This document shows positions 34,777 through 47,262 of a stretch of 64,000 nucleotides of DNA, piece after piece. Numbering within the stretch: the first letter of the stretch is position 1; each line of letters starts with the position of its first letter. A program made the position numbers and the translations under genes. The notes below the pieces were generated by a model. That model had not been told where the DNA came from and did not search any database. It was given only the letters and a program-made list of their open reading frames with translations. Source of the stretch: Entomortierella parvispora E1425 (lineage: Eukaryota; Fungi; Mortierellomycota); the NCBI GenBank assembly GCA_020891255.1, contig BQFW01000011.1, positions 1,984,001 through 2,048,000 of the forward strand, written 5' to 3'.

Positions 34777-37209
34777 ATGTTTTCCTTGGGCCAAAGCAAG
34801 GACCCCCAGACCATTCACGCCGCCATCAACACTCGCCCTCCCTCCTCTTCAGCACCGCCTTGGGCTACGACAGAGCTGCCTTCCTCCTGCCGCTCTTGCT
34901 CGTCTTCCTGCTCTGTTCCTCCTACCTTTGCACCAGGCCGACTGGACTTGACGCTCCATCGCCGACGAGGCTCTGCTGCCTCCGACTCTAGCTCTTCCTC
35001 GTCTTCTTGTTCTCCTTCACATAGTCTGAAAGCATCGGCTATTTCCAATCCAGCGTCTGTGAACGCTGCCACCGCGATTGCTGCAGCCTTTTCTCCTGGT
35101 AACGATCCCACCAACGTCGTGTGCTCCTGCTCCCTGCCTGCAACAGATGCACCGTCCGATCTGCAACAGGTCAGGATAATAGAGAACACGCCCAGAGCCG
35201 CATCCTCCTCATTTTCCTCCACCTTGTCTACATCCCTGCGTTCTGCTTCAATATCGCCCAGAGATGACTCCACCTGCAAGGTCCATCTTCGTCCTCGATT
35301 GTACTCGAGTCCTGATATGAATGGTCAGCAAAGGTCCTCGACCTCGGGATCACACGTAACGACCGACTCAACGCTCCTGCCAGCCACCTCTAATTCAACG
35401 ACAATCACGTCAGCAAATCCAACCTCTTCCAAACCAAAGCGACTTCAATCCTTGGACCTCTTGAGGGGAGTCAGCATCGTCCTCATGGTCCTGGTCAATA
35501 CTCAGGGCGCCGATCCCTTTGTGCAGCTCGCGCACAGTGAATGGTTCGGATACACGCTGGCAGACTGGGTCTTTCCAAACTTCATCTTCATGGTCGGGGT
35601 CGCACTCGCGCTCGTTTTTAATCCCAAACGACTACGGACCCTATCTGACCAAAGCCATGACAACAGCACTTGCGGGCCCAGCCTTTTCAGACTATGTCCG
35701 CCTTGGATTCAACGCCACAACAAGAGACTCGAAGCCAGCGCAAAGATCCTCAAGAGGTCCCTCCTTCTCTTTTCTCTCGGCATCGCCCTGGCGCTGCTAG
35801 AGCTAATAGGTCTCCCCAGAAATGGACTCTGGCTTCGTATACCTGGCGTTCTTCAGCGCATTGCCTTTTGTTACCTCGTCCTCGCCCTCACCGTCCTCTG
35901 GACAGAAGTAAACCAGAAACCTCCCCCAACTTTGAGGCGTAGTGCGTTCGAGTCCTGGCAACTACCTTTTGTCTGCACAGCGCTGTGGCTCGTGCTCACG
36001 TTCGCAGTAAAGTCAACGGCGACAGAAGCAATCACGGGATGCCGATATCCAGCATCGGCCTACTCACCCACCGGACTCGTCCTTTCAGGACACGCGCCTT
36101 CAAGGGGACAGCTGTCACCCCCCCAGTGCACAGCACAGGCGTTCTTGGACACGGTCCTCTTTACGCTTGATCGAGACACCAACAATCCAATTGTGGACGC
36201 AGAGGGGACCGTGGGCAGCTTAATGGCTATTGTTAGCGGTTGGTTCGGATGGGTCATGGGTCGGGTGCTTTTGCTGCAACAACAACAGTCTGCAAGGACG
36301 ACCGCAGGAAAAGACATCAAGGAATCTGAACGCCCTCAAAGCGAATCATTCTCGGCGCAGTGTCTGGACGCCAGTGGCAACAATGTTGGCGCCGTGGATG
36401 CTTTCAACGACCAAACACGAATGTTGCGTGCATGTTCTTTCCATCCCCCCGCCGGGACCACCACGGACGTGACACAAACCTGGGTTGATGCCAAAAAGTC
36501 AGACGCGAGCTGGGATTCGGAGGCGCCACAAGGAATTGGGATGACACAAACAACTTTGGAGCACCTCCACTACATGACAATGGACGAGCAAGATGAAGAC
36601 CGCAAGTCTGACCAACGTCGTATGAATATGCTTGCTCATATGACCGAGTGGTTCATGGCTGGCATTTGCGTGACTCTATTAGGGACCATCTTGGATTGGG
36701 TCTTGCCTATCTGCAAAGGGCTATGGACCCCCAGCTTTACCCTGGTCTCTGCAGGATTCAGCATTCTTGCTCTCTGTGCCCTCCTTTACTTATTTGACCT
36801 GCCGACATCCAAGCTACCTCAGAAAGCTATCACGTTGTCCTCTGCCTCCATGATGACCTCACCAGGATGGCGCGCTAGTCTTCGATGCCACTGTTGGACA
36901 TTTTGGCAGCTGATGACCAACCTGTGGGGTATTTTAGGTCAGAATGGTACCCACCTGCTGATCTGTTACGGCCGCAACTCAACTCTGATCTTCATGCTCA
37001 CGGAGTCGGTCAAGATTATACTTGAAAAAATACCCGTCCACACAGACTTAAACTGGATCCAAAGCGTTTGGTCCTTTATATTCTTCAAGAGCTTTATTCG
37101 TTTCATGCCACCTCCTTGGGCCAGTCTTGTATTTAGTTTAGTTTATGTCCTGTTCTTTGCTCCCCTGATGTGGTACCTTGACTCTAGGGCCATTTACCTT
37201 CGCGTTTAA
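34777..37209 (+). CDS. HGSNAT-like (heparan-alpha-glucosaminide N-acetyltransferase/NagX family) membrane acetyltransferase, copy 1, intronless
   Basis: RLQSLDLLRG, LVNTQG..HSEWFGYTLADWVFPNFIFMVG, RIPGVLQRIA, DAEGTVGSL, PICKGLWTPSF, YGRNSTLIFM. Confidence 0.88.
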   Translation: MFSLGQSKDPQTIHAAINTRPPSSSAPPWATTELPSSCRSCSSSCSVPPTFAPGRLDLTLHRRRGSAASDSSSSSSSCSPSHSLKASAISNPASVNAATAIAAAFSPGNDPTNVVCSCSLPATDAPSDLQQVRIIENTPRAASSSFSSTLSTSLRSASISPRDDSTCKVHLRPRLYSSPDMNGQQRSSTSGSHVTTDSTLLPATSNSTTITSANPTSSKPKRLQSLDLLRGVSIVLMVLVNTQGADPFVQLAHSEWFGYTLADWVFPNFIFMVGVALALVFNPKRLRTLSDQSHDNSTCGPSLFRLCPPWIQRHNKRLEASAKILKRSLLLFSLGIALALLELIGLPRNGLWLRIPGVLQRIAFCYLVLALTVLWTEVNQKPPPTLRRSAFESWQLPFVCTALWLVLTFAVKSTATEAITGCRYPASAYSPTGLVLSGHAPSRGQLSPPQCTAQAFLDTVLFTLDRDTNNPIVDAEGTVGSLMAIVSGWFGWVMGRVLLLQQQQSARTTAGKDIKESERPQSESFSAQCLDASGNNVGAVDAFNDQTRMLRACSFHPPAGTTTDVTQTWVDAKKSDASWDSEAPQGIGMTQTTLEHLHYMTMDEQDEDRKSDQRRMNMLAHMTEWFMAGICVTLLGTILDWVLPICKGLWTPSFTLVSAGFSILALCALLYLFDLPTSKLPQKAITLSSASMMTSPGWRASLRCHCWTFWQLMTNLWGILGQNGTHLLICYGRNSTLIFMLTESVKIILEKIPVHTDLNWIQSVWSFIFFKSFIRFMPPPWASLVFSLVYVLFFAPLMWYLDSRAIYLRV

Positions 37210-37303
37210 ACAGTAAAAAAAAAAGATTATGTTTGAGAAGTAGACCGACGGTTTTTATTATGGCTACTTTTTTGCGATACATCGCGCCGAAAGAGCTGTC
37301 TCT

Positions 37304-39223
37304 TTACACCTTGAAGTACCATTGCTTGTAATCCAGCCAAATGGCGATCAAAACATGGATGGCCGAGAATCCAAGGGAATAGAATAGCGACGACCAACCG
37401 CCGATCTCCAATGCACCCCAGGTATGGTCGAATGCTGCTGAGCAGAGATCCGTGGATTCACCAGAGGAATCAGTACCTCCGGGGATGAGGGAGCAGGTGC
37501 CCTGGACCAATTCGGAGCACATGTACATCAAAATGGCATTGCGACCCATACTTCCAAGGACCACGATGATGGATCGTCGGAACAAGTGACGCATCAAATG
37601 GTCAAACTTGTAATACAAACCCAAAATACGCGAGTATTTGCGGTCGCGAGTGTGGGCGCCAACAGAGGGCTGCTCCAGGGATCCCTGGGGAGAACGAGGG
37701 ACGTAATGCCGGGATCGCTGACCCTGGTGAATGAAGGCCTGATGTTCGGCATGCAATTGGTCGAGATGCTTGATCTTGGGCATGGCGTCAAACTTGTAGA
37801 AAAGGATCGACAGGACCGTTTGGGAAACACCGGCTGCGAGAACGGCATACGTTGCAGTCCAGCTAGGCTTGGACAGGGGCAACCCCATACTGAAAACCCA
37901 TCCTGTGAACATCCAGAGGACACCCCACCAGAACCACTGGCCCAAGTGACTCATATAGATACGAGTCAACATCTCTTGCTCCAAGATCTCGTCCTTCAAC
38001 AGTTCCTCCTCTCCTTCGTTCGTCGATGCTGCACGATGTTCCTTGAAATCGGATGTCAATTGCTTGACCTGGGCGTTCAAGGTACGAACAGTGCAGCCAA
38101 TGTACCAACCAAACCAAACATTCAGAATGGAGGTCAAGCTGGAAAGGGAACCTTCAGGGTCAAAGTTCAAATGTCTGTACGTGTGCGCCGTGCCAAAGAT
38201 CTTGAGGTCAAAGTAGGCTTGGGCACTGCACTCGGCAACACGCACCATTCCTCGTTCAGGGCAGCCTTCAACTTGGACACTGTACGTACAGATCAACCAT
38301 ACAAGCAAGCAAGAGATGGGCAGCCAGAATGGCAAAGATACCCTCAACAGCCAGGGCCATTGGTGGTCATCCTCTTGTGCAACGGCCCCGTCTTTCAGGC
38401 CTTCGCCAATTGGCTTTTTCACGTCGCCGTGGGTAGCGGCGCTGTTATGGCTCGAGGGTGAGGGAGAGCGGAAGAGGTACGAGAAAGAAGTAGGCCGAAC
38501 TGGGGGAACACCACGGTAGAGGACCAGCAGATGCATATAGGCAACTACGAGATAGCAAAACCCGATTCGCTGAAGGACTCCGGGCCAACGGAACTGATCC
38601 GCGCCAACATGCAGCTGAACCAAGCCGTAGAGGTTCAGGATATAACCCAAGGCCATGATAATGAGGGACCGCTTCAAAATCTTGAAAATGTGGCTCTTGT
38701 AGACTGAATGGATTGTCTTTGGATTGTAACCAGGTTCCAAGGGCGTAGGAACGCGAATGGCAAGAGGTAAAGCAACACCGCTGATGAAGAGAAAGCTTGG
38801 GAAGATAGTATCTGTTGGGGAGGAAGATGTTTAGAAAAATGGATCAACTTCCGAGGTGCAAGCGTTCTGTGGGTACGCTATACCTGCAATCGTAAAACCA
38901 ATCCAGTCTGGATGCTCCAGGATGAAAAACGCCCTATCGCCTGCTTGTGCATTGCAGGTGATCATGAGGAGGATTGCGAGACCTCGAAGTAGATCCAAGG
39001 AGAGCAAACGGTTTGAAGAAAGCTTGAGACGGTTCGACAGCCGCGTTCTGACAGGCAGAGTGGCAAGGGCGTCGGGTGTAGCAAGACTATCATCTTTCGA
39101 CGGAAAGTTTGATTCTTCATTCTGGGCGTGCGACCGGATAATGGTCAAGTCATCTGTCTGATGTTGGGGTTGTTGACGCTCATGGACGACTGGGGAGTCT
39201 TCCTTCTGAGAGGCTGGGTCCAT
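37304..39223 (-). CDS. HGSNAT-like membrane acetyltransferase, copy 2, one intron (38883-38812)
   Basis: RLLSLDLLRG, TCNAQAG..HPDWIGFTIA|DTIFPSFLFISG, RWPGVLQRIG, FDPEGSLSSL, PLSKPSWTATY, MGRNAILMYM. Confidence 0.88.
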
Positions 39224-40094
39224 GTTTTATTGCCGGTTAGTAGTTTCGAGATTAAGGAGTCAGTAATGGAACAGCGGAGGGAGGACGTGAAGGTGTGGGA
39301 GTGAAGCAAAGGAGGAGGGAGGGAGATGGGGAGAGGAAGAAGATGAATTTGAAAGGGAGACAATGAGTAAAAAGAGGGAGAAGAAAGAAGAAGGGAAAGA
39401 GAGACGATTGTCCTCTTATTTCAGTGATCCCAGCGATTCACGCCACAGGTACTAACGAGCCCATCCTGCGGCACCAGCAAGCACCAAGCATCATGCACAA
39501 CGGGTACAACGGTTGGGGTAAAGACTCTTCCCCACGCACTGAAAGAAGTGTGCGGTCTGTTCATAGCCCCGGTGTGCATGTGAGAGACACCCACGCCACT
39601 AGACCAGCATCGATGGTGGGCACAAAACGTTCAACACGGCAGGTCTCCTGTGAAACCACACCCGACCTTCACCTGGCAGACCCTGCTGAACATTCAAAAC
39701 GGCAACGGTCTCTCCTCTCTCCCCACTTGGACACGGTTCGGTGCGCAAAGGAATAAAATAAAGTAAAAAAATAAATAAAAAAAAAAGAATGGAGGGGATA
39801 CGATGTTTGCGTTATCGCAATCAAGATCACGCCTCGCACAGCGTCCAAGCGAGCCTATTGCTCCCCCCCTCCTTTCCCTGGGCCCAATGGTGGCCCTCGC
39901 CACCCCATCCTTTCCCGGGCTAGCGCTCTTGGTCACGGTCAGGGGGCTGTCACACAATCAATCGATCTCAACTTTGTTTTCCCGGTGGGACTACATAGTG
40001 GGACCCATCCATTCTCAAGGCTACACCATGAGCTCGCGGAGGATTGGGATATTAGGACTACAATAATATTACGGCACTGAATATAAAAAAAAAC

Positions 40095-42062
40095 CTAGAT
40101 GATGTTGGTCTGAAGAACACAAAAGCACAAAGTTAGGGCCCTGGACTGTCTGACATGTACATGCAGTGATGACAAATAAACAAAGGTGCTCTCTTTCAAT
40201 GCACTTACCGTCTTCAAAACGATAAGCACGATAATAATAATGACGATGATACTGATGATGAAGCAGATCCATTTCTTTCTTCTCGCTCCACGGGCGTTGG
40301 AGATGGCAGTGTCGACTTCCTTGTTGCCGCTCTCTAGCTGCGTGTCCGTCTGCTGCGTGTTCTCCTCGATTGTGTTCATGACAACACCTTGGTCGGTGAC
40401 CAAGGTTTCCATATCGGTAAAAAGTTGATGGAGTTCCTGCAAAAAACCAGATAAACATGGTTAGTTCCGAACAGACATTGTGTTTGCGTGAGCGTTCAGG
40501 GGGGCTTGCAACTGCACCTACCAAAATCGTCTTTTCAATCTTCTTAATATCGTCGTGTCGCGATTGCACTTCACGGAGAGCGCGATTGGCATCTCCGTAG
40601 CGGGTGCTTTGGAGAACCTACGGGCAAAAAAAAAAGAGTGAGAAGGTAGCCACTAGAGCATTGGAATACATGTGATACGAACTGGACAACTGTTTTTCCT
40701 AGGTCAATCAGTTTGTGCACTCACCGACTGCGCGAAAATCTGTTGGTTGTCACTCTCCAAAGCCTGCTGAACTTCCTCCTCAGTTGCCTCGGGTCGGACA
40801 ATCTTGTATTGTCTAGCCATTCGTCCTCGGTACTGTTGACGGGCCTGGCTTTCTGTTTGTTGATAGTGACGAAGAGTCTGCAAAAACCTCTCTTTCAAAG
40901 ACGCTGCCTGAGTATTGCGGATCTGAATGTCGGGTGAGTTGCGCGAACGCAAATTGGCCAGTTCGATATCTATTGGCACCAAGAAAACAAAATTAGCTGA
41001 GGCTTCTTGGACGCTGGCCGATTGGGGACCAAGTGCTTATATCCTCACCTTTGATTCGCTTCTTGATTCTGTTGGACAATTGCGTTGTGTCCGCTGTGAC
41101 GCCTTCCAATTGACGGGCAACCTGAGCAGTCTGCTCCTCTGTCGAAACATTGTTGAGAGAAATGTTGTGTAGCTCCTCGATTCTGGTGATGTTTTGCTGA
41201 ACGCGAGCAATATCATCTTGAATAGAAGTCACCTGGCAATTACAAATTACAACGCACCATTCACGTTAGCTATTAGTCCAGACAGACAGCGGTCAGAATG
41301 ACAAGAGGGAAGACTCACCTCAGTGAAGAACGAGTTAATATCACTCGAGGAAGCACTGACTGTGCCCATCTCAATTCTTGTGGGAGGTGGGAACTGTCCT
41401 TGACCATTCTGATCGTACTGAGTCTGTTGTGCAAACTGTTGGTATTGCTGCTGTTGTGGCTGTTGGTATTGCTGCTGATATTGTTGCTGTTGGGGCTGCT
41501 GGTACTGGTACTGGTACTGCTGTTGCCTGCGCGAGGGGATAATAGTGTAAAAATGTGAGTTGATGCAAGGTGATGACGCGCAGACAGGATACAAGCACAA
41601 ACAAATCGAAATGATATCATGTAGAAGAAAAAGAAGAAAAAAAAGTTGCTCCCAACGGATCTGCACCAAGACAGCCGAACACCCCTTGTTCTCGGCTGTA
41701 CCGTCCGGACCCAGAACTCCTCCAAAGAGTTTCTTTTTGCACAGATGATACCTCAGAACCCAGGGAGAGGGCTCCCCCCAGGGTGAAGGCACTGGCTAAC
41801 GGGGAGAGGTACAGCCAAAGCACAAACAAGAATACAGTGATTCAAAGGCTGATATATTACCCGTATGGCTGCTGCTGCTGCTGCTGCTGGGAAGGAGACT
41901 GCGCCTACAAAGGGTGGCAGAAGTGTGAGAATCTCTGCTGTGTCGAGTCTTGTCAGACTCTTCATGGACAATCTTCAGCTCGGTCCATGAGGGCAATCCT
42001 ATACTGCTAGAGGACTTCAAGATACTTGCCTGAAAGTCGGCTAGACGATCTCTGCCACTCAT
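40095..42062 (-). CDS. Plasma-membrane syntaxin (Sso1/Sso2-like Qa-SNARE), about 8 exons
   Basis: MSGRDRLADFQ N-peptide, Habc helices, RQYKIVRPEATEEEV, ALREVQSRHDDIKKIEKTIL|ELHQLFTDM..Q..I, ARGARRKKWIC plus C-terminal TM segment. Confidence 0.92.
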
Positions 42063-42512
42063 GCTGATAAAAAAGGGGTTGGGTGAGTAGGAGGGTGGGA
42101 ACGACAATTAGGAGCGCCTAGAAGTAGGCAGGGAAGAAGGAGAAGGAGGAGGAGGGAGATATGTGCCCAGTGAAAGAGGAGGTAGTAACGACGAGAACAA
42201 AAGGGACGGAGGGAGGGATGAACAAAAAGAGAGACAGAAGAAAAAAAAAACGGAAAAAAAAGCCAAGAAGCCGGTCGCACTGTCGCACATCGCCTCACCA
42301 AGTCAATCTGCACGTGACGCGATTTCTGGGCTTTTTTGCGCGCGCACATATGCATGGGCCCTCTGCATCCCTGCTTCCATCCACCGGCCCCTCTCACTGA
42401 CATTCAGCCTCCTCAGCCCTCCATCCATCCCCAGCACTCACCCAACCATCTCTCTTATCATTCTCTGCACCTTTGGCCGCCATCAGGTCCAGCATTCACT
42501 TCACCCTGACTC

Positions 42513-43928
42513 ATGAAGGCAATCCATCACCTCCAGGCCTTATTTTTGCCGTCAACAACAAATGACGCCATCGTCGGTCCCACGTCTTCTCAAAAATCAG
42601 ACGCTATCTTGGACGACATGACGGCTTCAAAACGACTGCGCTCGAATGAGGTTGCTCTGAGCCCATGTTCCGTACAAGAGTACAATGGCCCTCGGATAGA
42701 CTTCCTTTCAAAGTTGCCGTACGAGATTGCGACCTATATTCTTTGCTTTGTCGATATACACACGCTTGCTATCCTATCCCTGACATCGCGGAAATGGGCT
42801 TCACTTGCGACCGACAACGAGGTCTGGAGAAACATGTATGTACAACAATCCTACTGGCTTCGACCTCGACAGCAACAAGTCAATGGAGTACCGCTCCCTA
42901 TAAATTGGAAGCGACTGTACCAATCTCAGTTACTTCTTGATGAGCGGTGGGCTACAGATCCCGTCAAGACGAAGCTATTGGGCCATTCCGACAGCGTCTA
43001 TTGCATTCACTTTGACGGGACCAAGATCGTGACAGGCTCCAGGGACAAGACTATCAAGTTTTGGGACTACCACACGCTCCAGTGCATCGACACGCTGGAA
43101 GGCCACACTCAATCCGTTCTTTGCCTCAAATTTGACGAGAAGATGATGGTGTCAGGATCGTCTGACAGAACGATTATCGTTTGGGACATGAAATCACGCA
43201 AAATGACCCATCACCTGCTGGGCCACACAGCCGGCGTCCTGGATGTCTGCTTCAATGATCGGTATATTATCAGTTGCTCCAAGGATGCGACTATTAAAAT
43301 TTGGAACAGAGAGACAAAAACACTTGTCAGGACACTGGAGGGTCATCGCGGACCTGTCAACGCAGTCCAGCTCTACGAGAATCAGATTGTATCCGCCTCT
43401 GGCGATGGTCTTGTAAAGCTTTGGGATCTGACTACAGGAAGATGTGAGCGCGACTTTATTGGTCATAACCGAGGACTGGCCTGTGTCCAATTTGACGGAA
43501 CAAGGATAGCGTCTGGCTCCAACGACACGACCATCCGCATATGGGACGCGGCGACAGGAGAGTGTACTCAAGTGCTTCGGGGCCATATTGGCCTGGTACG
43601 GACACTTCACTTTGACCAGAACAGGATTGTGAGTGGCAGCTACGACAACACGGTCAAAGTCTGGGATATGGCGACTGGACAATGGACCAAAGATCTCAGC
43701 GATGGTCATACAAGCTGGGTTTTCGATGTTCAGTTCGCAGCCAGCAGGATTATCAGGTACTGTGCCGATCTCAGAACGCGTCATCCAATGTTGGCCAGAA
43801 CAGGGTCCGCCTTTTAAGCCTGCACCTCTCTAACGCAGCTTTCCCTTTGTAGCACGTCGCAGGATAAAGCAATTGTGGTCTGGGACTTTGGAACGGAGAT
43901 GGATGAGGAGGCACGGTTGTTCAAGTGA
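42513..43928 (+). CDS. F-box/WD40 protein (beta-TrCP/FWD-1-like SCF substrate receptor), 2 exons
   Basis: F-box DFLSKLPYEIATYIL..W..LATDNEVWR, followed by seven GH..WD repeats; last exon STSQDKAIVVWDF..RLFK*. Confidence 0.92.
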
Positions 43929-44028
43929 AGATAGTTGCCATCAAAATAATAGAGAGCGCTCTGTGCACAAACTCTTGTTTCTTTCTCATCTTTCCAAATT
44001 TTTACCTTTCATCCCCATTTCACGCGTC

Positions 44029-44728
44029 ATGGCTGACCCATCTGCAAACAACATTGCTCCCATTGAGGGTTTGCAGGAGAAGCTCTCTACTCTCACTGTT
44101 GCTCCCTCCGCCGCTCAAGCATCGAACGTCGGTCAGAGGCGCACTATTTTAGATGACCTCGTAAGTCAGCCCAGGCACTTTGAAAGGGCAAACCAAAGCG
44201 CCACCAAAAACGGCTCCTGACTCTACTTTATTTTATTTTATTGCTACGGGTGATGTGCAGTCTGACGATGACTCTGATGACGATGGCGACTTTGCACCTG
44301 AGAGTGAAAGCGACGATGACTCAGACTCGGATTCAGACTCGGATTCTGGTTCTGATTCAGGTTCAGAAAAGGTTGGTTCATGTTCATCATTCTGATTTGT
44401 GTAAGATTATTGCCTTCATCTGTTAAACTCGATTCCTTTCACGCTGACTAGGAGGATGACGAGCAGGATGTCCAAGAAGCTGCCGAAGAGGCCGTTGCTT
44501 TGACTCAGGAAACCGGTATGGACTTTGACTGTTCTGAGACGCGTTCTGCAGGCCCCTTCCCTTTTTTTCTAACCAGAAAAAAAACCCCCCTCTCGTATTT
44601 CATTGTTGTTAGCTGTTGTTGGAGCCGTAGACAGCAAGGTTCTTCGCACTGGAAAAACGATCAAAGTTGTGACCGAGTCGGAGATTGTGGAGACCACTGT
44701 GGAGACCACGGCCATTACCAACGAATAA
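44029..44728 (+). CDS. Small acidic protein of unknown function, 4 exons
   Basis: Phase-consistent GT-AG model: MADPSANN..ILDDL|SDDDSDDDGDFAPESESDDD..EK|EDDEQ..QET|AVVG..TAITNE*. Confidence 0.65.
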
Positions 44729-44977
44729 CCTACCATCAAAGGAGCCATGTCAGCTGGCAGATGTTCAGTCGTGGACGCCTGAAAACTTCTGTTCTTCAAT
44801 AAACTGGACATGAAGTACCGTGTTTTCCCTGAAGGATCGTTGTCTTTGTAGCAGCAATATAAAAAAAAAGTCGTCGTGTGTGGAACTTGGCTCCCACAGG
44901 TTGGCATTGACGCTCCAACACCAAAAGTTTTGTTGCGCAAAAAAAAAAAAAATCCTTGTGCAATACAGCAAAAGAAA

Positions 44978-45050
44978 TGGAGAATGAGAGACTTGAACTC
45001 CCGACCTTCCGCTTTGGAGACGGACGCGCTGCCAATTGCGCCAATCCTCC
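44978..45050 (-). tRNA. tRNA-Trp (anticodon CCA), intronless
   Basis: GGAGGAT TG GCGC AATTGGCA GCGC G TCCGT CT-CCA-AA GCGGA AGGTC GGGAG TTCAAGT CTCTC ATTCTCC A folds as a full cloverleaf (73 nt), followed by T-rich sequence. Confidence 0.96.
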
Positions 45051-45099
45051 TTATTGATTTGATGTTCAAATCCTGAAAATGATCAAAACTGAGCTGAGT

Positions 45100-45148
45100 C
45101 ACGTGCTTAATATCAATACCACGTGACCGGATAAATCACGTGATTTAT
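45100..45148. promoter_or_regulatory. Cluster of three CACGTG boxes, including the 18-bp palindrome ATAAATCACGTGATTTAT, between tRNA-Trp and the reticulon gene
   Basis: CACGTG at 45100, 45120 and 45137; the same hexamer lies upstream of GlyRS (26750) and between syntaxin and the F-box gene (42311). Confidence 0.55.
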
Positions 45149-45534
45149 TTCCGGCTTGGCTGGAAACGAAAACCACACTCGTTTGCTCATGTCAGTCGTG
45201 TGCGTGCGTGTGTGTTTATTTTCTCACCCAGACCATCCGTCGCTCGGGCCTTGTTCTGTTCGATGTTTGCACACAAGGGAGAGAGGGAAAGGGAAGGGCC
45301 CTTACTGTTTGAATTGATACGTGCGACCAGAAGATCAAAAAATCAAATTGGAAAAAAAAAAAAAAAAATCTTGCAGCGCGACGTGTCATCAACATGGTCA
45401 AAAAGGTGCCTCGTCCTTTCTCTTTTTCCCTTCTTTTCTTTCTTTCTTTTCCCACACAATCTCCATCCCTTCAGCCCTAGCCCAACACTCCCACTCTCCC
45501 TTCACTTGTATATATCCCTCGCATCACCTTCATC

Positions 45535-47100
45535 ATGGCCCAACAACACGACAGTCTTGACTATCTTAAGGTCGACCATCCTCACCAGGAGCCCACCTTT
45601 GCCGAACACCAGAGTACCGTTACGGAGAACGCCCCCGAGACCGTCCATGCTCGCCGTGAGCGTAGCTCGTCCGATTCAGTCGACAAGAGCATGCCCGACA
45701 AGTTGTCGTCAGCTGGTGAGTGTTTGATTGTTTCTCTTTCTTTTGTCTCTTGAAACTATTCCGATTGGACACGTTCGCGCCTGATGAGGGGTGGATAAGG
45801 AAAGGAGAGAGGACGATGGTCAGAGAGAGACACACCTGGTCAAGTGTCTGCCAAGAAAAGACAGGAGGAGTGGTTATAGTGGTTCTGTTCTCGTCCATCC
45901 TTCTGTCAAAAAAGAAAAAAGAGAGAGAGAGAGATAAGGGCCATCCAAGCACGAGCCCGGGGGCGATGAGCTCATCTTTTGCGCACAAGGCACAATTAGA
46001 GTCCACGACCGGAAATCCTTCCCACAAGAGAACAGAGAGGGAGAGAGCGCAAGAGGGAAAGAAAACAACCCGTTTCTTCTCTTCACATGTCGCAACTTGC
46101 TAACACTCAAAACGGCTCGTCTCCGCCCTTGTGCCCGCCCCCTCTAGACCCTTACGCTTACATGACGCCGCGCCTCAAGAGCTTGGTCCTTTGGGAGCGA
46201 CCTGCCGTCTCGGGTGGTGTCCTTGCTGCCTCTTTGGCCTTGGTCCTCTCCTGCCGATGGGTCTCGCTCTTGAACGTTGCCTGCGCCCTCTTGGTCTTGT
46301 CTATCTCTTCGGCCTTTGTATATGTTAACGGACTCTTGGTCTTCAACCGCATCACCAACAAGCCCAATGCCCCCCGCCCTCTCGAGTAAGCAAACTAAAG
46401 GGGGAAAAAAGTTGTTTTTGTGTGTTCAGTTGTTTTGATCCATGATGGACAAAGTCTAATCCCTTTGTTGTTGTTGTCGTCGTTTTCCACTTTGTATGGT
46501 CGACTTTTGAACACATAGAAAGTATTACTCCCGCTCGGCAGAGTTCTTGCACGTAGAGGCTGATCGAATCCATCGTAAAGTCGACTATGTCACCGATGGT
46601 TTGAACGTCGTCATCACTGAACTCGCAAAGGTCATCTTGGTCGAAGACAACAAGCGAAGTCTTAAGGTACGGGACCAAAAAACTGATGCAGACACTGCAC
46701 ACACGCTGCATACCCTATTCCTTGCATGCATGCTTTCGTTGCATGCTTTCCTTTGTACCGCCAACTTCTCCCGTGGTACTGACTCACACTCCCTACTCCT
46801 TCACTCCTTCCCGATTAGTTTGTTGGCATCTTCTACGGAATCTGGACTCTTCGCACCTGGTTCTCCACCACCACTCTGTTGTCCTTGATCTTGGTTTCCC
46901 TCTTTGCCGCCCCTCGTCTCTACCTCGACAACCAAGCTCTGATTGATGCTCATGTGGCCAAGACCAACGAACTTGTTCAGCAGCACGTCGGAAAGGGTCG
47001 CCAGGTCGCTCAAGAACAATGGACCAGCGTTTACTCAAAGGCCGAGCAGTTCGCAAAGGACAAGGGCCTCTTGAAGAAGTCCGCTGTGAAAACTGAGTGA
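45535..47100 (+). CDS. Reticulon-domain ER-shaping protein, 4 exons
   Basis: LKSLVLWERPAVSGGVLAASL (RHD start), two long hydrophobic hairpins, LFAAPRLYLDNQALIDAHV. Confidence 0.9.
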
Positions 47101-47262
47101 AAAAGCAGTAAAAAGACAAGTCATCTTTATTTGTTCACCCATGGATCCATCGTTTGTTTTACCACCTTCATTTCCTTCTCGGTCTTGACTCTTCGTCAAT
47201 AAAAAAAAAATGTCCATTCGAGTTTTATTATTATGTTTTTTCGAAAACGTATTCCTCGCATC

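Noticed and set aside
37586-38461. 291-aa plus-strand ORF
   Set aside because: It lies wholly antisense to HGSNAT-like copy 2 and has no motifs of its own.
44978-45050. tRNA-Trp as a dedicated UGA suppressor explaining the PKA extension
   Set aside because: The anticodon is ordinary CCA, pair 27-43 is intact and position 24 is G. Only a U31-G39 wobble is notable, and genomic proximity carries no mechanistic meaning for a tRNA.
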